From positions 248,997-312,996 of the forward strand of contig NIVC01001180.1 of the NCBI GenBank assembly GCA_002269645.1: 64,000 bases of DNA, read 5' to 3'. How positions within the stretch are numbered: the stretch's first letter is position 1; each line of letters starts with the position of its first letter. The notes below the pieces were generated by a model. The model saw only the letters and a program-made list of their open reading frames with translations. It ran no database searches and was not told the DNA's origin. Position numbers and translations under genes: made by a program. The DNA is from Macrostomum lignano (Eukaryota). Shown here piece by piece: positions 35,417 to 45,152 of the stretch.

Positions 35417-36345
35417 TAGAATAACTAGATGATGTCACTCGCAAAAAATGCGCTCACTTACATGTACTTCTTCAGTAGCACAATTAGCGTTTTTAAGCAA
35501 AAATGTATTCATTTTACAAGATTTTTAAGTTTTTGAAAACGAAACAATCGCCTCTGGCCTTCTACAGGCAGAAATTTACATCTTCACCATGTTTGAAGCT
35601 GCACCCAAATCCAGTGCGTGTGCTGAGCTAGATTATGGCCTGCCTCCCCCAGGGCTAAGTTTCGTCCGTCTAACTTTGAACTCTTTCTTAATGCTCTCTC
35701 ATTGGCTGGCCTAGATAGGGCGGCCTGCCCCCCCTCCCAGGGCTGAGTTTCGTCCGTCTAACATTAACCTCTTTCTTACTGCTCTCTCATTGGCTGAGCT
35801 AGATTAGGCCTGCCTCCCCCAGGGCTGAGTTTCGTCCGTCTTGCGTCCCGTAATGCTTGTTTACTCTTAACCCCATATGCTCCTAGGGATCACAGATACT
35901 AGAATAACTAGATGTGTCACTCGCAAAAAATGCGTTTCTCTACTCTTTTTTCAGTAGCAAAATTAGCGTTTTTTTGCCTTTATAAAAGTGAAATTCAAAT
36001 TTATCCACTTTTAAACGAAATTTTAAGTTTTTAAGGCTGCAAAAGTCTGTGCCTAATTTCTACAAACAGGCTAATTAAATAAGCATGTCTGCTGAGTTCT
36101 ACCGGTTCAAAAATAAACGAATTTAAGACTTAAGACTGTAGAAAACTATAAAAATGTAAAATTCCCAAATTCAGTGCTTGGCATAGAGAGCAAGAGAGAA
36201 TTAGTGCTGGCGCCCAGACATCTCTCTACTGCTCTCTCATTGGCTGAGCTAGATTGGGCCTGCCCCCCCCCAGGCTGAGTTTCGTCCGTATTGCGTTCAT
36301 TTGTGTACATTGAGTTAACAAATGCTTGTTCATTCTTAACCACCT
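35417..36345. repeat. Locally duplicated sequence: ~90-bp unit x4 and a ~480-bp-period duplication
   Basis: GCTAGATT..GGCCTGCC..CCCAGGGCTGAGTTTCGTCCGT at ~35625, ~35710, ~35797 and ~36247. TAGAATAACTAGATG(A)TGTCACTCGCAAAAAATGCG at ~35417 and ~35900. Confidence 0.8.
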
Positions 36346-37577
36346 ATGCTCTTGAGGCCGCAAGCCCTGAGGAAGGAAAGGAATTTTACCTTCTACATCA
36401 AATTTGAATTACATTAGCGCAGACAACTACTGAAAAAATAGTAGAGGCTCTACTTTTTTCACAATTTTAATTGCGAGTGACAAATCTAGTTTGTACGGTA
36501 GGTCATGTTTTTAGTGCTAGTAAATAATTGAATAACTAGATTAGCAATCCGTTTATTCGGTTCTTAGTCTGACTCGCGAATAGTTTTATTGGACTAAATA
36601 TACATAAGAAATTTTAAGAAAGTAATGAAATAGTGCAGTTTTCTGTGCCCTTCTGTTTTATGCGTGTTATTATATTGCTGTTGTGTACATATACACGTTT
36701 ACAATCACTAATTGTCATTATAATATCTGATTGACTAATTATAAATTTAGCTTAGTAGAATAAAATTTTTATGGACTTTTTTATCTAAGCGGAAATTTTG
36801 AAAAAAAACTTTCTCCTGGCTAATAATTTTTGTCTTCCTAGATATTGTTTTATGAACTTTGTGTTTTTTGTTTTTTGTCTTGTTATTGAGGTTACCATGA
36901 CGACAAGACTGCCACTGTTCCGATGGTGCCATATTAATTTTTTTAAATAAAAATCTTTTTTTCTGTGTTCTCCCATCTTTAATTTTTCGTAGCATTCCAG
37001 AATCGCTTCCTATGAATGGATATTTTGCCTATTCATTAATTTTTAATTGTTGATAAAAAAGTGCCACGGAATTGTTAAGTTAATGCGAACGATGTTGGGG
37101 CTTAATTGCATATATGATACTATTGATACTACTAATCCTTTTTTGTACTAGCCTGACTAAATAGGCTCACTTTATCGTGTCTAATGTGATGTGTTATCTG
37201 TCAATTCATCTATTTATTTATAATTGCAGTTCCCTACTGCTAACCCGACACTGTTTCACATTCCAATCTTGTTGCTTTTAAAAATTAATTTCACTACACA
37301 CGCCCTGCTTGTGCTGCAACAGACCATAATAATCATTTATGATCATTAACTGCTTACCAGTGGCCAAGGCTTCCGCTATTCTATAGAATTCCTTGTTTAT
37401 AGTGCTGTGCCAGTCGTGCAACTACTTTATTAAGGGCCTGATTATTTACACTAAATAAATTGCCTGTTTTAATGTATATGTAGGCTCTGCTTATTTATCA
37501 CCGATTTAATGCTTGACTAGTGTCGACTCTTTTCATTATTACTCAGTGACAGCGCTTGATTCATCCACCGTCACTGT

Positions 37578-38272
37578 CTCAGATCCCCAGTTGCTGGGCC
37601 AGCCTCCCAGATCCCTAGTTGCTGGGCCAGCTTCCTAGATCCTCAGTTGCTAGGCCAGCCTCCCAGATCATCAGTTACTGGGCCAGCCTCCCAGATCCCC
37701 AGTTGCTGGGCCAGCCTCCCAGATCCTCAGTTGCTAGGCCAGCCTCCCAGATCCTCAGTTGCTAGGCCAGCCTCCCAGATCTCCAGTTGCTGGGCCAGCC
37801 TCCCAGATCCCCAGTTGCTGGGCCAGCCTCCCAGATCCTCAGTTACTGGGCCAGCCTCCCAGATCCTCAGTTACTGGGCCAGCCTCCCAGATCCTCAGTT
37901 GCTAGGCCAGCCTCCCAGATCCTCAGTTGCTGGGCCAGTCTCCCAGATCCTCAGTTGCTAGGCCAGCCTCCCAGATCCTCAGTTGCTGGGCCAGCCTCCC
38001 AGATCCTCAGTTGCTAGGCCAGCCTCTCAGATCCCCAGTTGCTGGGCCAGTCTTCCAGATCACCAGTTGCTGGGCCAGCCTCTCAGATCCCCAGTTGCTG
38101 GGCCAGTCTCCCAGATCACCAGTGCTGGGCCAGCCTCCCAGATCCTCAGTTCTTGTGCCAGCCTCCCAGATCCTCAGTTCCTGTGCCAGCCTCCCAGATC
38201 CTCAGTTCCTGTGCCAGCCTCCCAGATCCTCAGTTGCTGGCCAGCCTCCCAGATCCTCAGTTGCTGGGCCAC
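37578..38272. repeat. 28-bp minisatellite (GATCCTCAGTTGCTGGGCCAGCCTCCCA) immediately upstream of CEBPZ
   Basis: About 24 copies; GCTGG/GCTAG and TTGCT/TTACT variants. Confidence 0.95.
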
Positions 38273-38335
38273 CAATGCTCACTTCACGTAGCCACCAGCA
38301 AGTCCAATTGAATACAAAACACATGCTCGCACTCC

Positions 38336-41300
38336 ATGACGGCACCCGGCGGCAACAAGAAAAAATCGACAAAGGCCGCTCCGGCCAAGCCGTTGGCAGC
38401 CTCCACGGCAGGTGACGAAGCGGCAGCGCCAGCCGACGCGGCGGCACGCTGGTACCGCGACCCGCTGACTAAGGCGGCGCTGAAGCCCAGCGAGCCGTCG
38501 GAGCCGGGCGGCAAGGCGGAGTTCGCCCGCAAGAAGGGCGGCGAAGCGCTGGCCCAGCTGGCCAAGGCCTTCCGCTCCGACATGCAGACGTCGCGCAGCT
38601 TCGCCGATCGGTTCGCCATCCGGGTGCTGGAGTCCGGCACCCAGGCCGACCGGGTCGGCGTCATGACCGGCTTGGTGCGCGACCACCCGTTGGAGAGCCT
38701 TGCTCACCTGGAGGCCCTGGTTGCTATGGTGACGCCTAAAGCTAAACGCGACGCTCTCACCGTGCTGGATGCAGTCAAGTCTCTGTTTCTCGAGCACCTG
38801 CTGCCGCCAGGCAGGCGCCTCGTGCCACTCGACCGGCGCCCGTTTACCCGTCTGGCGCCGGTTCTGGCGCGCAAAGGCCGAGACGCGGCGCGTCACGTCC
38901 GCGCTCTCTGGTACTTTGAAGAGCGGCTGGGCCAGCTGCTGCAGCAGTTTCTGGACAGACTGGACGGCCTGCTGCGCGACCCGGTCGATGCGGCTCGACT
39001 ACGGGCGGTGGCCGCCGTCGCTGAGCTGGCCGTCGGGCATCGGGACTGCCGGAGCCGCGCGATGGCCAGTCTGGCTAACAAATTGGGCGATCCGAGCCGA
39101 CGGGTCTGCGGCGCCGCGCTGCACAGGCTAAGGCTGCTGGCGGTTAAGCGGCCGGAGATGAAGGTGGGGCGCCGGCGGGATTTGCAGGGTAGGGGAGGAA
39201 CTGGCAGGGTAGGGGGCGGAACTGGCAGGGTAGGGGGCGGAACTGGCAGGGTATAGGGCGGAACTGGCAGGGTATAGGGCGGAACTGGCAGGGTATGGGG
39301 CGGAACTGGCAGGGTAGGGGGCGGAACTGGCAGGGTAGGGGCGGAACTGGCAGGGTATGGGGCGGAACTGGCAGGGTAGGGGGCGGAACTGGCAGGGTAT
39401 AGGGCGGAACTGGCAGGGTAGGGGCGGAACTGGCAGGGTAGGGGACGGAACTGGCAGGGTAGGGGGCGGAACTGGCAGGGTATAGGGCGGAACTGGCAGG
39501 GTAGGGGGCGGAACTGGCAGGGTAGGGGGCGGAACTGGCAGGGTAGGGGCGGAACTGGCAGGGTAGGGGCGGAACTGGCAGGGTAGGGGGCGGAACTGGC
39601 AGGGTAGGGGGCGGAACTGGCCTAATGATCGAAACTGTGGGGATTTGAGATCTAAGTGTCAGAAGAGGATCAGAACATGAACTCATTGCCTACCAATCGC
39701 CCGCAGGCCGCTCTAGTTGACGAAATCGAACGGCTGCTGTTTCGCGGCAACGCTGACTCTGCCGCTGCTCGCGGCGTCAACTCCGGCGTGGCTCGGACGC
39801 ATCGGTACGCCGTCTGCCTGCTGTGCCAGCTGCCGCTGACCGCCGCCGACACCAACGCTGGCGGCGTGGCCGGCCGCCTGGCCGGGATTTACCTGGCCTT
39901 CTTTAAAGCGGCCGCCAAACGCCAGGAGGTGGCCGGCAGACTGTTTGCCGGCTTGCTGACCGGACTGCATCGAGCTCTGCCCTTCTGCGGCCCGGACAAA
40001 CTGGCCGAACTGTCCGAGCACGCCAGGTTGCTGTTTGGCCTCGTCCATTTGGCCGGATTTAATGTCGGAGTCCAGTGCCTGCTGGTGCTGTTCCAGCTAG
40101 TGCAGCGGGATCCTAGTTTGAGCGACAGGTTCTACAGGGCGCTGTACCAGCGGCTGCTGGACATTGGGCCAGTGGCTAAGCGGGCCATGCTGATGCACCT
40201 GCTGTACCGCAGTCTGAGCTGGGACAGCCGGCTGCCGAGGGTGCGCGCGTTCGTTAGGCGGATCCTGCAGGTGAGATGGGCCTCGATCTAAAACTGATAC
40301 GCAGCTTAAAGTACATCATTATTTAGTGCTTATCTACTGTTGATAAGCGGCCTTCAATTTTAATCTATCCCATGCTTTATGCTTATCTACTGTTGATAAG
40401 CGGCTTTCAATTTTAATCTATCCCATGCTTTATGCTTATCTACTGTTGATAATCGGCCTTCAATTCTAATCTATCCCATGCTTATCTATTGTGATAATCG
40501 GCCTTCAATTCTAATCTGTCCCATGCTTATCTATTGTGATAATCGGCCTTCAATTCTAATCTGCCCCATGCTTATCTATTGTGATAATCGGCCTTCAATT
40601 CTAATCTGTCCCATGCTTATCTATTGTGATAATCGGCCTTCAATTCTAATCTGTCCCATGCTTATCTATTGTGATAATCGGCCTTCAATTCTAATCTGTC
40701 CCATGCTTATCTATTGTGATAATCGGCCTTCAATTCTAATCTGTCCCATGCTTATCTATTGTGATAATCGGCCTTCAATTCTAATCTGTCCCATGCTTAT
40801 CTATTGTGATAATCGGCCTTCAATTCTAATCTGTCCCATGCTTATCTATTGTGATAATCGGCCTTCAATTCTAATCTGTCCCATGCTTATCTATTGTGAT
40901 AATCGGCCTTCAATTCTAATCTATCCCATGCTTATCTATTGTGATAATCGGCCTTCAATTCTAATCTATCCCATGCTTATCTATTGTGATAATAGGCCTT
41001 CATTTCTAATCTATCCCATGCTTATCTATTGTGATAATCGGCCTTCAATTCTAATCTATCCCATGCTTATCTATTGTGATAATCGGCCTTCAATTCTAAT
41101 CTGTCCCATGCTTATCTATTGTGATAATAGGCCTTCATTTCTAATCTATCCCATGCTTATCTATTGTGATAATCGGCCTTCAATTTTAATCTATCCCATG
41201 CTTATCTATTGTGATAATCGGCCTTCAATTCTAATCTGTCCCATGCTTATCTATTGTGATAATAGGCCTTCATTTCTAATCTATCCCATGCTTATCTATT

Positions 41301-43625
41301 GTGATAATCGGCCTTCAATTCCTTAGAGAAATTATGCATTTGACACATGTTTCCACTCATACTACTTTTCACAACTCGCGCACACTACTGCCGCCCCCAT
41401 CAGGTGGCCACTATGCAAGACTCTGCATTCGCTTGCGCCTCCCTGCTGCTCATTGGGCAGCTGGAAGGCGACCGACCCGGCCTGGTCACCGACATGCTCA
41501 GCGGCGTCGCCGCCCCGGCCCCCGCCGACGCCACCACCGGCACCCCTATGGCAGCGGCGGCGGCGGCGGCGGCGGCCAGCTACGACCCGCTCAGCCGGCA
41601 GCCGGAATTCTGCGGCGCCGAGGCCGAGCCGCTGTGGGAGCTGCCGCACTACCTGTCCCATTGTCATCCGTCTGTGCGCCTGTTCGCCTCCCAGATTATT
41701 GCAAAGTGAGCCACTGTAGTCATTCACTTGTATGCAGTGTAATTGCAATAGTTCTAGAGTCGGCATTGTTTCTTCACCTCAAGCTAAATCAATAAAACTA
41801 GCGCCTTTTGTGCTGAATCACTTCCAGGAGTTTACCTGAATCATTTCCGGTTTCACTGCCTGAATCATTTCTAGTTTCACTGCCTGAATCATTTCTGGTT
41901 TCACTGCCTGAATCATTTCCGGTTTCACTGCCTGAATCATTTCTAGTTTCACTGCCTGAATCATTTCTAGTTTCACTGCCTGAATCATTTCTAGTTTCAC
42001 TGCCTGAATCATTTCTGGTTTCACTGCCTGAATCATTTCTAGTTTCACTGCCTGAATCATTTCTAGTTTCACTGCCTGAATCATTTCTAGTTTCACTGCC
42101 TGAATCATTTCTAGTTTCACTGCCTGAATCATTTCCGGTTTCACTGCCTGAATCATTTCTAGTTTCACTGCCTGAATCATTTCTAGTTTTACTGCCTGAA
42201 TCATTTCTGGTTTCACTGCCTGAATCATTTCCGGTTTCACTGCCTGAATCATTTCTAGTTTCACTGCCTGAATCATTTCTAGTTTCACTGCCTGAATCAT
42301 TTCTAGTTTCACTGCCTGAATCATTTCTAGTTTTACTGCCTGAATCATTTCTGGTTTCACTGCCTGAATCATTTCCGGTTTCACTGCCTGAATCATTTCT
42401 GGTTTCACTGCCTGAATCATTTCCGGTTTCACTGCCTGAATCATTTCTAGTTTTACTGCCTGAATCATTTCTGGTTTCACTGCCTGAATCATTTCCGGTT
42501 TCACTGCCTGAATCATTTCTAGTTTCACTGCCTGAATCATTTCTAGTTTCACTGCCTGAATCATTTCTAGTTTCACTGCCTGAATCATTTCTGGTTTCAC
42601 TGCCTGAATCATTTCTAGTTTGCCTGAATCATTCCCATTGTACAAGCCCTCACCCACACCGCACCGCAGGCAGCCAATCGTGTACGACGGCGATCCCCTG
42701 GCGGATTTCTCCCTGGCCAAATTCCTCGAGCGATTCTCCTTCAAGAATCCCAAAAAAGCGCCGCCGCCAGGCGACCCGTCGGCCAGGTTTCGTCCCAGGC
42801 GCCGGTCGTCGTCCGCTGCTGGCGCCAAATTGGCGCCAAGCCGCGAAGAGCTGGCGCGCATACCGGACGAGGCCAGCGTGGCGCCGACGGAGCGGCACCT
42901 GCACCGCTACCTGCGCATCGTCGGCGAGGGCCGCCGGCCACCGGACGATTTCGACTCGGACGCCAGCTCGGTTGGCGACGAGGAATTCGACGACTTCCTG
43001 GAGGACTTCGAGCAGGTGAGCGGCAGATTTTCTAACACAATAGAGCTGGCTAACGGGGGTTCACTGAGGTCCGGAGCTCGATTCTAGATGTATGTAAACC
43101 AATTGAATTATTATGGCCAATCTTGAATATCTCGCTCACGCGTAGGGCCTGTCCGGCGACGCGGAAGCGGCCGACTTTGCCGACGATTTCGGCCGAGCCG
43201 ACGCTGAACGGCGAAAAAAGTCGGCCAAACAATCGACCAAACAGAAGGCGGCTGGACAGGACGGCGATGATAGCGTCGACGATGATGTCGGTGAAAGCGA
43301 CGGCGAGGACGACATCGACATGCTTGACGATGAGGAGCTGTCCGATCTGGGCATGTCCTCTGACGGCGAAGATTACGAAGTCAGCGGCGGCAACCGCGAG
43401 GAAAATGGCGACGTCGACATCGATGCCGAAGGCTTCGCTGAAATGCTGGAAGGCGACTCGGCCGATCAGGCGAAGGCGGCCAAGCGGGCCCACTGGGACC
43501 GGGTTCGGTCCGACCGCATCGACAGGCGCGCCGGCCCGCCAAAGAGTCGAAAGCGTCGGGAAACTGGCGGCGGCGGCGGCGGCGGCGGCAGTCGAGCAAA
43601 AAAGCGGGCACGAACTGGGCGGTGA
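38336..43625 (+). CDS. CEBPZ: CEBPZ / Noc1 / Mak21 (CBF domain) 60S biogenesis factor, 5 exons, ~839 aa
   Basis: Exons 38336-39163, 39707-40270, 41404-41705, 42670-43015 and 43146-43625 (GT-AG, phases consistent). Motifs SGTQADRV, LLPPGRRL, ANKLGDP, GVQCLLVLFQ, SDRFYRALY, RVRAFVRRILQ, YDPLSRQPEFC, LWEL..HCHPSV and YDGDPLADFSLAKFLERFSFKNPK are diagnostic; acidic tail. Confidence 0.93.
39175..39620. repeat. 20-21 bp G-rich minisatellite (GGCGGAACTGGCAGGGTAGGG) in CEBPZ intron 1
   Basis: About 21 copies. Confidence 0.95.
40325..41320. repeat. 45-bp minisatellite (CTTATCTATTGTGATAATCGGCCTTCAATTCTAATCTGTCCCATG) in CEBPZ intron 2
   Basis: About 21 copies; the 15-codon period gives the spurious 282-aa ORF. 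Confidence 0.96.
41830..42632. repeat. 24-bp minisatellite (TGCCTGAATCATTTCTAGTTTCAC) in CEBPZ intron 3
   Basis: About 33 copies, with CCGG/CTGG/CTAG variants at one site. Confidence 0.96.
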
Positions 43626-44254
43626 TTTCTTAGAAATTCTATTGAGATCAGTTATGCCATTCAGCTGGGCAGGTCTATTCGCATTTTCAACCTAATCCTT
43701 GAATAGGAAGTCGTCATTTATTGTGCGTTTAGAAGTCGTGCTTGCTTGAAATTTGTGTTATAAAAAAATAATAAACAAGTTGCATTGACTTATTATAGCG
43801 AATTGGATAGCACTGCGGTGCCGTCGTAGTCCTTTCCAATCCGCTAAGGTTTTCAATCTGTCAATTAAAGACAAAGAAATGTCCTTCTGGCTTCTTAATA
43901 ATTATTTTATAATTTTTATTTTGCAAGCAGAAATTATGCGTCAATAGGATCCTATAAGAGTTACAACTAAAAATACTATATGTGATTTTTATTTATAGTC
44001 AGCCCCAGCTGCAGCAACAACCTTTCATCGAGTTGCAAGGATGAAAAAGATAATGATAATGACCGGGGAGAAATGTCTGGCCTGTAAGCTGAATGCAGCA
44101 ATCGGGGGTGGGGCGAGGGGGCGGCCGCCCCCCCCCCCCATATTTTCATCCCCCAGAATCTGCGTCCCGATTTGGGTCTTTAACCCCCAAAATCCGCTCC
44201 CTTTGGGCGTTGGATCTCCACCCCTGGAATCCGCCTCCCCGCCCGCCCCCCTCC

Positions 44255-44545
44255 TCTAATTTGGCTTTTCACCCCCTGAATCCGCCCCCCCCCCTAATTT
44301 AGCTCTTCACCCACGGAATCCGCCCCTCCCCCCTAATTTAGCTCTTCACCCCCGGAATCCGCCCCCCCCCCTAATTTAGCTCTTCACCCCCGGAATCCGC
44401 CCCCCTAATTTAGCTCTTCACCCCCGGAATCCGCCCCCCTAATTTAGCTCTTCACCCCCGGAATCCGCCCCCCTAATTTAGCTCTTCACCCCCGGAATCC
44501 GCCCCCCCTTAATTTGGCTCTTCACCCCCTGGAATCCGCCCCCCA
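44255..44545. repeat. ~33-bp minisatellite (CCCCCTAATTTAGCTCTTCACCCCCGGAATCCG)
   Basis: About 8 copies in a GC-rich segment downstream of CEBPZ. Confidence 0.9.
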
Positions 44546-45152
44546 CTTTGGGTCTCCCCCGCCCCGGAATCCAGAACACACGTCCCATCCCAGCTGCAGC
44601 TGGAGTTGTTTTAAATTTTGTAGTTGTTTTGTAGGAAACCTGATTGATTGGTAAAATTTGTCAAGTGTATAATCATAGGTTTCAATGATGTAATTATTAT
44701 TAGATGCAATGCAATTCACTCAAAAGACTATCAGATTTTCGCATTTCTAAAAACAATTGAAGTCATGAACAATTAACGCCAAAAAAGACGCGTACCTGCT
44801 ATTTTCTACCATTGCTGCTCCGTTACGGAAGTTCACCCAAGCCGGACATCCGTCATCTTTAATCCAGCATCTTCATACGCGTCGCTGCATTTCGTGCTGG
44901 CATTGACTTATCCACAATAAGAGAGAGAGAGAAAGGTGCTGTTCGTATTTTTAACTGATTTGCATTTGTTTTCAATCTGATTTTTTATATACTTATGTTG
45001 TCTTTCTACAATAATAAACTTATGCGTATGTTTCAGACTTACAATTTAAATTTATTTAATAAAAATTAAAGCCAATAAAGGAATAAAAGTTTTTTCTATT
45101 TTTGTTAAGCGTATTTTGCGTATTTGACAGTTGGAATAATATAGTATCTATT

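Noticed and set aside
35655-36290. GGACGAAAC on the minus strand suggesting hammerhead ribozymes
   Set aside because: The required upstream CUGANGA core and helix II pairing are absent in all four copies.
40478-42861. 282-aa and 347-aa repeat ORFs
   Set aside because: 45-bp and 24-bp arrays within CEBPZ introns.
43016-43145. Intronic snoRNA in the short CEBPZ intron (also checked HEATR6 intron 4)
   Set aside because: No C box/D box pair or H/ACA architecture visible.
9125-44545. CRISPR-like appearance of regular arrays
   Set aside because: The units are head-to-tail with no unique spacers, there are no cas genes, and the context is eukaryotic.
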